A stretch of 64,000 bases of DNA from Bacteroidota bacterium (GTDB taxonomy: Bacteria; Bacteroidota; Ignavibacteria; UBA10030; UBA8401), in assembly GCA_041658205.1 (NCBI GenBank), contig JBBAAO010000001.1:838800-902799 (forward strand), in the 5' to 3' direction. Positions 47,400 through 57,904 of the stretch are shown here, one piece after another; position 1 is the first letter of the stretch, and every line of letters starts with the position of its first letter. Below the pieces are notes generated by a model. It saw only the letters and a program-made list of their open reading frames with translations, was not told the DNA's origin and ran no database searches. Both the position numbers and the translations under genes were made by a program.

Positions 47400-49253
47400 A
47401 TGAATGCCTTCCCATTTCTCCTTGGTGCGTTGTGTGTTATGGTGATCATGTATCGCTATTACAGCGCATTCATTTCTGCAAAGATCATCGCCTTCGACGA
47501 TTCGCGCATTACGCCGGCGCATCAATTTAATGATGGACAAAACTATTACCCGACGAATAAATGGGTCTTGTTTGGGCACCATTTTGCCGCCATTTCTGGA
47601 GCGGGTCCACTCATCGGTCCGGTGTTGGCTGCACAATTCGGATTTCTCCCCGGATTTCTCTGGCTGTTAATCGGCGTGGTAATCAGCGGTGCGGTACACG
47701 ATTTCACTGTGCTTGCATTATCCATTCGCCGCAACGGAAAATCACTGGCTGAAATTGCTCGGAAAGAGGTGAGTCCCCTTGCTGGTACCATCGCCTCCAT
47801 TGCAATTCTATTTATCATTATCATTGCACTTGCCGGACTCGGCATGGCAGTGACCAACGCATTGCATGAAAGCTCGTGGGGGACATTCACTATTGCTATG
47901 ACCATTCCACTTGCACTGTTTGTTGGATGGTACATGAATAGTTTCCGCAAAGGGAAAATTGCTGAAGCCAGTTATATCGGCGTCTTTGGTGTATTGCTCT
48001 GCGTCTTTCTTGGCGGATATATTCCCAATTCGTTTCTTGGACCATATTTTTCGCTTTCCCGCACGGAGATCATTAATTGGATGGCGGCATACGGATTCCT
48101 TGCTTCCATTTTACCGGTGTGGCTTTTACTGGCACCGCGGGATTATCTCAGTTCTTACATGAAGATCGGTACTGTAACAGGACTCGTGATCGGTGTCTTC
48201 ATTGTCATGCCAGACCTGAAGATGCCGATGGTGACTATGTTTGCTGAAGGCGGTGGTCCGATCATTCCCGGAAAATTATATCCGTTTGTATTTGTAACAA
48301 TTGCGTGCGGAGCAATTTCAGGTTTTCATTCATTGATCGCTTCAGGAACAACCCCGAAGATGATCAATAAGGAATCAGACGCCCGCTTTATTGGCTACGG
48401 CGCAATGCTTATCGAAGGATTAGTCGGCATCATTGCATTAATCGCCGCTTGCTCGCTGCATCCTGAAGATTATTTTGCGATTAATGTTCTTCCCGAAAAA
48501 TTTGCAACACTCAATATGACTCCTGTCAATCTTGAGGAACTTGCTCGAGAAGTGGGAGAGACAATCGCCGGCAGGCCGGGAGGAGCAGTCTCTCTTGCAG
48601 TCGGTTTTGCACAAATATTTTCCGCAATCCCCGGAATGAAAAGTTTAATGTCCTACTGGTACCATTTTGCGATTATGTTTGAAGCACTCTTCATCCTCAC
48701 CACCATTGATGCCGGCACTCGTGTTGGAAGATTCTTGGTTCAGGAATTTTTGGGAAAATTTCATAAACCGTTCGAGAGGACGAATTGGTGGCCAGGCGCA
48801 ATAATCTCAACAGGTCTTGTTGTGCTAGCATGGGCATATTTTATTCATACGGGAAATGTCAGTACCATCTGGCCGATGTTCGGTGTAGCAAATCAATTGC
48901 TTGCCGTTGTAGCATTGTCTGTTGTTAGCACAGCTATCGTCAATGCAGGGAAACAAAAGTATGTTTGGGTTTCAGGTATTCCGCTCCTGTTTGTCTCTAT
49001 TACTACGCTGACCGCCGGAGTGCTGAACATTTTGGATAATTTCTGGCCGCTGACAAAGGATCCTGCCACAGCAACACAGGGTTACGTAAATAGTATACTG
49101 ACAACAATTATCATCCTCTGTGCCATCATCATTCTTGTTGATGCGGTACGGAAATGGTACCGTGTTCTGGTCAAAAAGGAATATATCATCGACGGCAAAA
49201 AAGTCGACGGCTCTACACCCGGTTTCGTTCCTCCCGGATACGGATTGGGGTGA
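47400..49253 (+). CDS. cstA: Carbon starvation protein A (CstA-family peptide/pyruvate transporter)
   Basis: CstA N-terminal signature …[64 protein letters not shown]… and multiple TM helices. Start at the in-frame ATG 47400 (MNAFPF); the track ORF starts at 47346. Confidence 0.85.
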   Translation: MNAFPFLLGALCVMVIMYRYYSAFISAKIIAFDDSRITPAHQFNDGQNYYPTNKWVLFGHHFAAISGAGPLIGPVLAAQFGFLPGFLWLLIGVVISGAVHDFTVLALSIRRNGKSLAEIARKEVSPLAGTIASIAILFIIIIALAGLGMAVTNALHESSWGTFTIAMTIPLALFVGWYMNSFRKGKIAEASYIGVFGVLLCVFLGGYIPNSFLGPYFSLSRTEIINWMAAYGFLASILPVWLLLAPRDYLSSYMKIGTVTGLVIGVFIVMPDLKMPMVTMFAEGGGPIIPGKLYPFVFVTIACGAISGFHSLIASGTTPKMINKESDARFIGYGAMLIEGLVGIIALIAACSLHPEDYFAINVLPEKFATLNMTPVNLEELAREVGETIAGRPGGAVSLAVGFAQIFSAIPGMKSLMSYWYHFAIMFEALFILTTIDAGTRVGRFLVQEFLGKFHKPFERTNWWPGAIISTGLVVLAWAYFIHTGNVSTIWPMFGVANQLLAVVALSVVSTAIVNAGKQKYVWVSGIPLLFVSITTLTAGVLNILDNFWPLTKDPATATQGYVNSILTTIIILCAIIILVDAVRKWYRVLVKKEYIIDGKKVDGSTPGFVPPGYGLG

Positions 49254-49309
49254 TTTAAAATTCATTGGAACGGATTTAAATTTTTTGTATTTTTACAAAA
49301 CCAAACTCA

Positions 49310-49345
49310 AAACCTCTGGCGGTTGAATACTGCAGAGGTTTTTGT
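49310..49345 (+). terminator. Rho-independent terminator after cstA
   Basis: AACCTCTG-gcggttgaatact-GCAGAGGTTTTTGTG. Confidence 0.65.
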
Positions 49346-49378
49346 GTATCGTAACGACCATCCGATTGAACGATTATA

Positions 49379-52300
49379 ATGCCAAAACGAACAGACATCA
49401 AATCCATTCTTATCATCGGCAGCGGGCCGATTGTTATCGGTCAAGCCTGCGAGTTCGATTATTCTGGAACCCAAGCATGTAAAGTGCTTCGTGAAGAGGG
49501 CTATCGAATTATCCTCATCAACAGCAATCCCGCAACAATTATGACCGATCCAGAATTGGCCGATGCTACATATATCGAACCGATCACGCCCGAGTTTGTT
49601 GAGATGATTATTGAAAGGGAGCGGCCGGATGCCATTCTTCCAACAATGGGTGGACAAACTGCATTGAATACCGCTGTTGCTCTTGCTGAACGGGGAGTTT
49701 TGGAAAAATATCACGTTGAATTGATCGGTGCAAATCTTCAAGCGATTAAAAAAGCGGAAGATCGACAGCTCTTCAAAAAAACAATGCTCGAAGTCGGTTT
49801 GGAGATGCCACGCGGAGGATTTGTTTACTCCGTTGAAGAAGCAATAAAAGTAGCCAACGGAATCGGTAAATTTCCGATTATCATTCGTCCTTCGTTTACG
49901 ATGGGTGGAAGCGGTGGTGGAATTGCGTACAACATTGAAGAATTTAAATCGATTGTTGAGAATGGATTGATCCAAAGTCCGACGCATGAAGTGTTGGTGG
50001 AAGAGTCTGTGCTTGGTTGGAAAGAATACGAACTGGAAGTGATGCGAGATACCAAGGACAATGTCGTCATCATCTGTTCGATAGAAAATTTTGATCCGAT
50101 GGGTGTGCACACGGGAGATTCAATCACCGTGGCTCCGGCCCAAACGTTGACGGACAAGGAATATCAATACATGCGCGACGCCGCAATAAAAGTGATGCGG
50201 GCAATTGGCGTGGATACTGGCGGATCCAACGTACAGTTCTCGATGAATCCGGCAAACGGGAAAATGTATGTGATTGAAATGAATCCCCGAGTATCGCGCA
50301 GTTCTGCGCTGGCATCCAAAGCGACCGGTTTTCCGATCGCAAAGATTGCTGCAAAACTTGCTGTTGGGTATACGCTGGATGAAATTCCGAACGACATTAC
50401 GAAACTGACACCGGCATCGTTTGAGCCGACCATTGATTACACCGTCGTAAAGATTCCCCGTTGGGATTTTGAAAAATTCAAAGGTGTTGATGATACGCTT
50501 GGTGTTCAGATGAAGTCGGTCGGTGAAGCAATGGCGTTTGGACGAACATTCAAGGAAGCATTGCAAAAAACACTTCGGTCATTGGAACAAGGCCGATTTG
50601 GACTGGGTGCAGATGGTAAAGATCTTTTTGAGATCGACGCACTCTCAAAATCACAAAAAACAACCTGGACGAAAAAAGTAAAGGAACAGCTTCGGAAACC
50701 CAAAGCGAACAACATTTTTTATCTTCGCTATGCATTTCAATTGGGACTTTCCATTGATGATGTCCACGGTTTAACCAAGATTGATCCATGGTTTCTGTTC
50801 AACATTAAACAGATTGTTGATTTTGAATCTGATCTGAAAAAAACGAATCTCATGGACGCTTCCAAAGAGATGTTCACGAAAGCAAAGCAATACGGCTTTT
50901 CAGATCGACAACTCGCTCACCTTTGGAAATCAGAAGAAATCATTGTTCGAAAGCACCGAAAAGAGTTAGGAATCATCCCGGTCTATAAGATGGTGGATAC
51001 GTGTGCCGCAGAATTTGAATCCAATACACCATATCATTATTCAACCTATGATCAGGAGAATGAATCGCACCAATCAAAAAAGAAAAAAGCGATTATTCTT
51101 GGAGGTGGACCGAATCGTATCGGCCAGGGAATTGAATTTGATTATTGCTGCGTGCATGGTGTCAAATCCCTTCGCGAAGAAGGATACGAAACGATCATGA
51201 TCAATTGTAATCCGGAAACTGTCTCAACCGATTATGATACGACCGACAAATTATATTTCGAACCCCTCACTGTTGAAGATGTATTGAACATTTGTGAATT
51301 GGAACAGCCGGAAGGGGTTATTGTGAGTTTTGGCGGACAAACACCTCTTAAGATTGCAAAGGCGTTGGAAGCAAATGGAGTACGCATTCTTGGCACATCT
51401 ACTGAGGGAATTGATCTTGCTGAAGACAGAGAACGGTTTGGAGATCTTTTACGAAAGAATAATATAGAGCATCCAAAATACGGAACGGCATTTTCCGTAA
51501 AAGATGCGCTGCTTGTAGCTGAAGAAATCGGGTATCCCGTGCTTGTCCGTCCTTCATACGTGCTTGGGGGACGAGCAATGCAGATTTGTTACACAAGCGA
51601 TTCGCTGAAAGAATACATGAAACTTGCCGTTGATGTTTCTCCGGAAAAACCAATTTTAATTGATTGCTTTTTGGAAGATGCATTTGAGTTTGATGTGGAC
51701 GCCGTCTGCGACGGAGTTGACGTGTTGATCGGCGGAGTGATGGAACATATCGAAGAAGCCGGAATCCATTCCGGAGATAGTTCAAGCGTGCTTCCTCCGT
51801 ATATGTTAAAAGAAGATAAACTTTTAGAGATTATAGAGATCACTAAAAAACTTGCCTTTGCTCTTCATGTCCGAGGTTTGATTAATGTGCAATATGCAAT
51901 GAAAAATAATAACGTGTATGTGCTGGAGGTGAATCCTCGTGCATCACGCACAGTTCCATTCGTTGGCAAAGCAACGGGACTGCCGCTGGCAAAGATCGCG
52001 GCAAAAGTGATGGTCGGAAGGAAATTGAAAGATCTTGGAGTGCTGGATTTTAATTTCCGGAAAGTAAAACATATCTCCATGAAGGAATCAGTCTTTCCGT
52101 TCAACAAATTCCCCAAAGTGAAAATGTTTCTCGGTCCCGAAATGCGATCCACCGGAGAAGTGATGGGAATTTCTCAATCCTTCGGTGCTTCTGTTGCTAA
52201 AGCGCAGTTGGCAGCAGGAAATCCTCTGCCGAAAGAGGGAACAATCTTTGTCAGCGTGAACAATAATGACAAGACGAATGAAACGATCGGCATCATGAAA

Positions 52301-52636
52301 GAATATTTGAATTTAGGATTTAAAATTATCGCAACGGAGGGGACTACGAAATTCCTCACCGCGAATGGTATTCAGGCAACATCGGTCTTTAAAGTAAACG
52401 AAGGGCGGCCGAATATCGTTGATGCTATAAAGAACGGCGAAGTGCAGATGGTAATCAATACACCGCTGGGTGAAGAGTCTCGGTATGATGAATATTCCAT
52501 TGGTTGGGCTGCCATACAGCATAGAATCGCATTCATCACAACGCTTTCTGCTGCTGCTACCGCAGTGAAAGGAATCGAGCGCATTAAGCAGGGAAAATTG
52601 AATGTAAAATCAATTCAAGAATATCATCAAATGTAA
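49379..52636 (+). CDS. carB: Carbamoyl-phosphate synthase large subunit
   Basis: 1085 aa. Two ATP-grasp halves each begin with the conserved preATP-grasp motif ([25 protein letters not shown]… and [26 protein letters not shown]…). Oligomerisation and MGS-like C-terminal domains are present. Confidence 0.95.
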   Translation: MPKRTDIKSILIIGSGPIVIGQACEFDYSGTQACKVLREEGYRIILINSNPATIMTDPELADATYIEPITPEFVEMIIERERPDAILPTMGGQTALNTAVALAERGVLEKYHVELIGANLQAIKKAEDRQLFKKTMLEVGLEMPRGGFVYSVEEAIKVANGIGKFPIIIRPSFTMGGSGGGIAYNIEEFKSIVENGLIQSPTHEVLVEESVLGWKEYELEVMRDTKDNVVIICSIENFDPMGVHTGDSITVAPAQTLTDKEYQYMRDAAIKVMRAIGVDTGGSNVQFSMNPANGKMYVIEMNPRVSRSSALASKATGFPIAKIAAKLAVGYTLDEIPNDITKLTPASFEPTIDYTVVKIPRWDFEKFKGVDDTLGVQMKSVGEAMAFGRTFKEALQKTLRSLEQGRFGLGADGKDLFEIDALSKSQKTTWTKKVKEQLRKPKANNIFYLRYAFQLGLSIDDVHGLTKIDPWFLFNIKQIVDFESDLKKTNLMDASKEMFTKAKQYGFSDRQLAHLWKSEEIIVRKHRKELGIIPVYKMVDTCAAEFESNTPYHYSTYDQENESHQSKKKKAIILGGGPNRIGQGIEFDYCCVHGVKSLREEGYETIMINCNPETVSTDYDTTDKLYFEPLTVEDVLNICELEQPEGVIVSFGGQTPLKIAKALEANGVRILGTSTEGIDLAEDRERFGDLLRKNNIEHPKYGTAFSVKDALLVAEEIGYPVLVRPSYVLGGRAMQICYTSDSLKEYMKLAVDVSPEKPILIDCFLEDAFEFDVDAVCDGVDVLIGGVMEHIEEAGIHSGDSSSVLPPYMLKEDKLLEIIEITKKLAFALHVRGLINVQYAMKNNNVYVLEVNPRASRTVPFVGKATGLPLAKIAAKVMVGRKLKDLGVLDFNFRKVKHISMKESVFPFNKFPKVKMFLGPEMRSTGEVMGISQSFGASVAKAQLAAGNPLPKEGTIFVSVNNNDKTNETIGIMKEYLNLGFKIIATEGTTKFLTANGIQATSVFKVNEGRPNIVDAIKNGEVQMVINTPLGEESRYDEYSIGWAAIQHRIAFITTLSAAATAVKGIERIKQGKLNVKSIQEYHQM

Positions 52637-52862
52637 CATATATCCCGAACGTAATTAGAAGCCATCAAAAATGCTTTTAAGAGTCATCGGAACCCTCACA
52701 TATTCATTTTAAGAGTGATGAAACAATCTGTTTATCCGTCCGCCAAAAACCGCGGTGGGTAAACCATCTCTTTGGCAGGTGCGGTGGATGCTCTCAATAT
52801 TTAACAGCTCGCGCGGATTGAGTCGAAGCATCGTTGAATAAAAATATTTTTAAGCATCATTT

Positions 52863-53025
52863 ACATTATTGGTAACATCTCAGCATTTATGATTTTTTGC
52901 CACTAAAACACGAAAACACCAAATTTCATCAACCTTTTTGCGGTAATGGTTTAGATTCTTTTTGTGCACTTTCGTGTTTTCGTGATTTGGTGGCATGTTT
53001 TGAATTTTTATGTAATTCTGCTGTG
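52863..53025. repeat. Copy B (inverted orientation) of the ~155-bp repeated element seen at 36998-37150
   Basis: The reverse complement reads CAGCAGAATTACATAAAAATTCAAAACATGCCACCAAATCACGAAAACACGAAAGTGCACAAAAAGAAT…GGTGTTTTCGTGTTTTAGTGGCAAAAAATCATAAATGCTGAG. It is near-identical to copy A in the arms and diverges in the central loop. Confidence 0.8.
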
Positions 53026-53071
53026 TAGTTACCATTATCGAAATATTTGAATCTTTCTGAATTGGTAATCA

Positions 53072-53497
53072 ATGCCCCGAATCAAACTCGAACTTCCAAC
53101 TCATTTTCATTTCACAACAGAAATACCAATCCGTATTTCCGACATTAATTATGGAGGTCATCTCGGAAACGATGCCGTCCTTTCCATCCTGCATGAAGCA
53201 CGATTACGTTTGTTGATAGAACATGGCTGGACAGAAATGAATATCGAAGGTGTGAGCGTCATCATGTCGGACTCGGTCATCCTCTATAAATCTCAAGCAT
53301 TTTACGGTGAATCACTTCGTATTCAAATTGCCGTGAAAGATTTTTCGAAATTTGGATGCGATATTTATTATCTTATTCGCGAACGAGAAAGCGGACGGGA
53401 AGTTGTGCGCGCAAAAACCGGGATCGTTTTTTTCAACTACGAAGAAAAAAAGATCGCAACCGTCCCCGAAAAGTTCCAGTTGCAATTCCGCGGCTGA
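53072..53497 (+). CDS. Hotdog-fold acyl-CoA thioesterase (4HBT-like family)
   Basis: 141 aa. The N-terminal segment …RISDINYGGHLGNDAVLSILHEARLRLL… is typical of YbgC/4HBT-like thioesterases. Confidence 0.65.
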   Translation: MPRIKLELPTHFHFTTEIPIRISDINYGGHLGNDAVLSILHEARLRLLIEHGWTEMNIEGVSVIMSDSVILYKSQAFYGESLRIQIAVKDFSKFGCDIYYLIRERESGREVVRAKTGIVFFNYEEKKIATVPEKFQLQFRG

Positions 53498-53526
53498 CAT
53501 CATTTTCTAACAACTCCTCTTTTTTT

Positions 53527-54171
53527 ATGAGTATAACAACAAGAATATATTATGCTGTGCTCCTTGCTGTTTTTTGTTCGGCGATAACGGAAGCACAAGA
53601 TTCTGAAGAATCGACCACGACAGAAAAAAAGAAAAATCATTTCTCGATAGCATTCGGTGCTGCGGCAGGAAATTTTTCCAACAAAGCTCCAATCTCTAAC
53701 GATATTTATTCCAATAGAAGCATCTCGAGAATTTATTTTGCCGGAATTGGGAGCAATACATTTTACATTATTGGAAAATACCGGGAGTTCACCGCATTTG
53801 GAGAATCAATTTTGGAAAATATTAATGTCAAAGGAAAGGCAGATTGGAAACAAAAATTTTACAATATCGGACTGCGCATCCATTCTGACGAACATCCTAT
53901 CTATGCGGAAGTGTTATATGTGATTACACATGCTGAGGAATCTATTACGACTGTCGATCCTGTCGTACCGGAGTTGACGAATTCGGGTAAGACGAAAAAT
54001 ACAGGCATGGGATTTTCGGTGGGACTTGCACTGAATATTGCCGGACCGATTGCGATATTTGCCGAAGGGGAATATTCCGTGATGATGAGAAAAGAGAAAA
54101 ACGAATATGGTCGTGAAAATCCCGAACTCGGCGGATTCTGTGCCAGCGCCGGTCTTCTTTTTGCATTATAA
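53527..54171 (+). CDS. Hypothetical exported (outer-membrane β-barrel-like) protein
   Basis: The signal peptide starts at ATG 53527 (MSITTRIYYAVLLAVFCSAITEAQ). The track ORF 53356-54171 overlaps the thioesterase gene out of frame. The sequence has alternating amphipathic β-strand character. Confidence 0.5.
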   Translation: MSITTRIYYAVLLAVFCSAITEAQDSEESTTTEKKKNHFSIAFGAAAGNFSNKAPISNDIYSNRSISRIYFAGIGSNTFYIIGKYREFTAFGESILENINVKGKADWKQKFYNIGLRIHSDEHPIYAEVLYVITHAEESITTVDPVVPELTNSGKTKNTGMGFSVGLALNIAGPIAIFAEGEYSVMMRKEKNEYGRENPELGGFCASAGLLFAL

Positions 54172-54189
54172 GATTTACCCGGAGAGAAT

Positions 54190-55257
54190 ATGAAAAAAAT
54201 ATATTTTATGATCGCCCTGTCTGCACTACTTTCATCATGCACAACCGAAGAAAAAGCAGCGGAGCCTCAGATTTACTATTCCAGTCTAAAAATGCAACCG
54301 GAACTTGATTCACTCTATTTGAGTGCGAATAATGAATCCCGACAGCTGACATTGGTTGGTACGATCGTCAATACGACGGAAAAAAGATTATCCAATACCG
54401 GACTGATCACCGATGCTAAATATACAATTCGGACAAGTGATACATCGTTTCAATATGTTGAAAATTCGAAAGCACAATGGCTATCATCAAATTCAACGGT
54501 TGCCACCGTTTCCAACGGACTGATCATCGGAAAGAGTGCTGGGTATGCACTCATCAGCGCCAAAATTGGGACAACGACTTCAAAATCAATGGTCGTAAAT
54601 GTTCGCGCAGTTGATATGGCTCCAGGATTATCGCTGAATCCTCCTCCCATTATGTTGACGTTTGAAAATTCGGCTACAGTATCCGGAATTGTTCAGCAAG
54701 AGGCAAAGCTCAGTGTCTCTGAACCAAATTCGGGATTCTCAAATCCTGCAGTGTCATACGGCGCGAATGGATCATTTGCTGTTACCGTAACAGGGCTTAA
54801 TCAAGGTCTACGCATCATTACCGCGCGGGCAACTCATAAGACAAATAATGCATTGTATACGCAGCGATCCAAAACTGTGATCTATTACGCACCCAACACT
54901 CCTGAAGCGAACCAAATTGTTGGCAATTGGCTTGGAACGACGCTTGGGAAAGATTTCAATTTTAAAATAGAAAACAGCATCATACCAACGCGATATGATA
55001 TCACGGGGAAAATTGATATTCAATTTGAAGGCGTCGGTTTGGTGCAGAATATCAATTTGATCGGTGTATTGAATCCTAACGGTACTATTGACGCAACACT
55101 TTCTACAACGCATCAAGGATTTTCTATTACCGGAAAGTTCAGTGGCTATTTCAAATCGACTGGAACCGGTGAAGGGGAATATAGTGCACAGGCAGTCAAA
55201 ACCGGCTGGCCAAAAGTGAGTTTCAATGATAAGTGGACTGCAGTAAAAGTTCCATGA
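54190..55257 (+). CDS. Hypothetical lipoprotein with a bacterial Ig-like (Big_2-type) domain
   Basis: Lipobox LLSSC. Ig-like segment …AQWLSSNSTVATVSNGLIIGKSAGYALISAKIG…. RBS GGAGAG. Confidence 0.55.
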   Translation: MKKIYFMIALSALLSSCTTEEKAAEPQIYYSSLKMQPELDSLYLSANNESRQLTLVGTIVNTTEKRLSNTGLITDAKYTIRTSDTSFQYVENSKAQWLSSNSTVATVSNGLIIGKSAGYALISAKIGTTTSKSMVVNVRAVDMAPGLSLNPPPIMLTFENSATVSGIVQQEAKLSVSEPNSGFSNPAVSYGANGSFAVTVTGLNQGLRIITARATHKTNNALYTQRSKTVIYYAPNTPEANQIVGNWLGTTLGKDFNFKIENSIIPTRYDITGKIDIQFEGVGLVQNINLIGVLNPNGTIDATLSTTHQGFSITGKFSGYFKSTGTGEGEYSAQAVKTGWPKVSFNDKWTAVKVP

Positions 55258-55298
55258 ATGAGTTCATTGAAAATTTTTCATTGAAAAAATATCTGCCA

Positions 55299-56012
55299 AT
55301 GCAAGGGAGCGGCTACCTTTCATTCTCAAAAAAGGAGCGATCGAAGTTCCGCTTTTTTGAATCCCCAATCATTGTATTGATCGTAGTATCTACTTCTATT
55401 ACATTGTTCACCGGCTGCGGCATTACACAGCCAATCCGTCCAATTGAGGAAGGAACCACAGAAATAGTTACTTCATTTGGCGGCCCAATTATTCCCGTCG
55501 GTTCTATCGCATTTCCCGTTCCCTATCTAAACGTTGGTGCATTGTACGGTTATAATAAAAACCTTACGGTCTTTGGAAATTACCATGTCACCGCTTTATT
55601 GTTTAAGGATATCGGCTTTGATGCCGGATTTTCGACACGGTTATTGCCGGAAAAAGGAATTCGTCCTGAGATTACGTTTAATGGGAGGGGATATTTTTTC
55701 TGGGATGCATTTCGCGGAAAGACAACTCGCCTCTATCCAATGGGAACGTTGACAGCGAGTTATCGTGTTGACGAACAATCGTTATTCTATTTTGGGACAG
55801 ATAATCTCTATCAAATGACAACTTCCGATCTGTTTGTCTCATCATTTATTGGATACAGTTTTCCTGTGGGAGAAACATTAATGATGCAGGTTGAATCAAA
55901 ATGGATGGGAATGAACCGCGATACTCAGCATGGAATTTTTGAGGGAGTTACTTCCGTTGCAGGCAATGGCAATGTCGGTCTCTTTTTTGGATTACAATAC
56001 AGTTTGAAATGA
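55299..56012 (+). CDS. Hypothetical lipoprotein / membrane-associated protein
   Basis: The hydrophobic segment IIVLIVVSTSITLFTGC ends in a Cys. The start is uncertain (the track begins at 55233, overlapping the previous gene). Confidence 0.45.
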   Translation: MQGSGYLSFSKKERSKFRFFESPIIVLIVVSTSITLFTGCGITQPIRPIEEGTTEIVTSFGGPIIPVGSIAFPVPYLNVGALYGYNKNLTVFGNYHVTALLFKDIGFDAGFSTRLLPEKGIRPEITFNGRGYFFWDAFRGKTTRLYPMGTLTASYRVDEQSLFYFGTDNLYQMTTSDLFVSSFIGYSFPVGETLMMQVESKWMGMNRDTQHGIFEGVTSVAGNGNVGLFFGLQYSLK

Positions 56013-56152
56013 AAAATAACAAATATTTTAAGGAGAGTGTCATCTACGTGAAACAGTGTCATTCCGAGATGCGAAGCATCGAGGAATCTCGTTTTTTAAA
56101 TCAGAAAAGGAGAAACAGATTTCGCGCAAACCCCTTCGGGATTTTGCTCGAA

Positions 56153-56950
56153 ATGACAATGATTCTCTCTTTATTTTCCGGCTGTTTCGATCTGGATAGT
56201 AATTTATTTAATAACGACACACTCACTGCGTACAATCTTTCCACAACCGTGATTCCCGAATCTCTACGCACACAAGTCGTGCTGACTTCTCAAGGGAAAA
56301 AGATCTATGGTTATTTTGTGAAATCTTCGATTGCGAACACAAAAGATGTAATCCTCTATAATCATGGCAACAGAGATCATCTGCAATTTTATTGGGACAG
56401 GGTGGAGTTGTTCTATAAAATGGGATTCAATGTGTTTATCTATGACTATCAGGGATATGGGATGAGCGAAGGAGAACCTTCTGAATCAGCATTGTATTCC
56501 GATGCAACTACCGCTTATGAGTATCTACGCACATCAAAAGGATTTGGGAATGGACAGATTACTGTATATGGATTTTCCCTTGGGGGCGCTCCCGCAACAT
56601 ATCTTGCGTCGACGATTTTTACGCCAAAACGATTTATTCTTGAAGCAGCATTTGCTTCAACATCCGCTTTAACACAAAGCGGAACATTGTTGGATCTCCC
56701 AAGCACTTTCTTTATGAAAGGAGAATATAACAATGCGGAGCGGATTAAATACGTAAATGCTCCTATATTGATTCTTCACGGTGTTGATGACAAATTTATC
56801 GACATGGAGAAAAACGGGAAAGTTCTTTTCCAAAATGCCAACGATCCGAAAACGTTTATTGAAATACCCGGAGCAGATCATTCTCAGGTTCCTGCAAAGA
56901 TGGGGGAAGCAAATTATATTACGACGGTCAAGAATTTCATATTAAATTGA
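56153..56950 (+). CDS. α/β-hydrolase-fold protein (lipoprotein); possible esterase/peptidase
   Basis: Lipobox LFSGC. GxSxG nucleophile elbow (YGFSLGG). A C-terminal His (ADHSQ) is consistent with a Ser-Asp-His triad. The start is uncertain: 56009 (ATGA overlap with the upstream stop) or 56153. Confidence 0.6.
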   Translation: MTMILSLFSGCFDLDSNLFNNDTLTAYNLSTTVIPESLRTQVVLTSQGKKIYGYFVKSSIANTKDVILYNHGNRDHLQFYWDRVELFYKMGFNVFIYDYQGYGMSEGEPSESALYSDATTAYEYLRTSKGFGNGQITVYGFSLGGAPATYLASTIFTPKRFILEAAFASTSALTQSGTLLDLPSTFFMKGEYNNAERIKYVNAPILILHGVDDKFIDMEKNGKVLFQNANDPKTFIEIPGADHSQVPAKMGEANYITTVKNFILN

Positions 56951-57193
56951 CAATCGATTACTTTCCGAATATATCTATCTTTCCTTAAAAAGATAAAGCT
57001 CACCAAAAGCAAGTTAAATCTTTCACATAATTCATTTTTTTACCCATCCCGTATTCACGTTATAGCATTATTCGATTAATATCGTTGCGTTCTTTCGAAA
57101 TTTTAATTCAAGTTATCACCAACTACCGAGGGGACCGTTGTGATACAACAACTGCTCACTATATTGCACGATCAAATTCCAGTTGATCGAGGG

Positions 57194-57844
57194 ATGGAAA
57201 CCAAATTTCTGAAAAGATTTCATGCATCAAACAAAATAAAATACTTACGATTAGGTTTATCTTGCCTACTTCTCTTTTCTTTCGCGCAGAAACTTTCCTC
57301 GCAGATTATTATTAAGGATTCAATTGCAATAAAACCAAAACACATCAGTGCAAACGTCGTTCCTAATTTAGTATCAACCCCTCTTTCTTTCGATTTTTCT
57401 TGGAGCATTACTGCGGAGACCGACGGCATAGTTGAAATATGGATCTGGTATCAATGCGGGATGGAGCACCATGTCATGATAAAATCGGGCAATGCTGCCT
57501 CAGGATTTATGAAGGTTCAACCGGGATTTTATGCAACAGAATGGGCATTCCAAATTGTGAAAGGAGGAATTGGGACATCAAATTTCTTGGTAAAAGTAAA
57601 CGAACGCAATGGGTCGTTTACGCTGACACCCGATCTTTATAATCCCTACCGTCCGTCATATTATACCGGATTTATGATGGGGGATGATGAAGAGGTAGCG
57701 TATAATAATAGCAGAGATGTTCCAATATCTGTTACGAATTCGAATTGTTCGTCTATCGAGTTTTTCCCTGCAACAGATATTGTCACTTTTTCCATCATTA
57801 ACGGTTCAGAATATGCATCACTAGTTGATCCGGTATCCGGCTAA
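57194..57844 (+). CDS. Hypothetical exported protein. It is in-frame with, and possibly the N-terminal part of, the 57905-60091 ORF.
   Basis: Signal peptide (…KYLRLGLSCLLLFSFAQKLSSQ). It ends at TAA 57842-57844. The next ORF is in the same frame 60 nt downstream, with no other stops between. Confidence 0.5.
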   Translation: METKFLKRFHASNKIKYLRLGLSCLLLFSFAQKLSSQIIIKDSIAIKPKHISANVVPNLVSTPLSFDFSWSITAETDGIVEIWIWYQCGMEHHVMIKSGNAASGFMKVQPGFYATEWAFQIVKGGIGTSNFLVKVNERNGSFTLTPDLYNPYRPSYYTGFMMGDDEEVAYNNSRDVPISVTNSNCSSIEFFPATDIVTFSIINGSEYASLVDPVSG

Positions 57845-57904
57845 AAAACAACATCCTACGGCGGTCTGATTGGCACTCCACCAAAAATTATTTTTGATGG
57901 AGCC

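Noticed and set aside
49307-50110. 267-aa minus-strand ORF
   Set aside because: It is antisense to the highly conserved carB coding sequence. It is Cys/His/Arg-rich, which is a typical shadow-ORF composition.
52637-53071. tmRNA, SRP RNA or RNase P RNA in the long intergenic region after carB
   Set aside because: I could not find the tRNA-like acceptor/T-arm of tmRNA, the SRP domain-IV motif or RNase P P4 conserved blocks. The region is left as unexplained non-coding.
53356-53526. N-terminal extension of ORF 53356-54171 overlapping the thioesterase gene
   Set aside because: The overlap with 53072-53497 is out of frame. The translated extension is Arg/Lys-rich nonsense. A signal peptide begins at the internal ATG 53527, so the start was reassigned.
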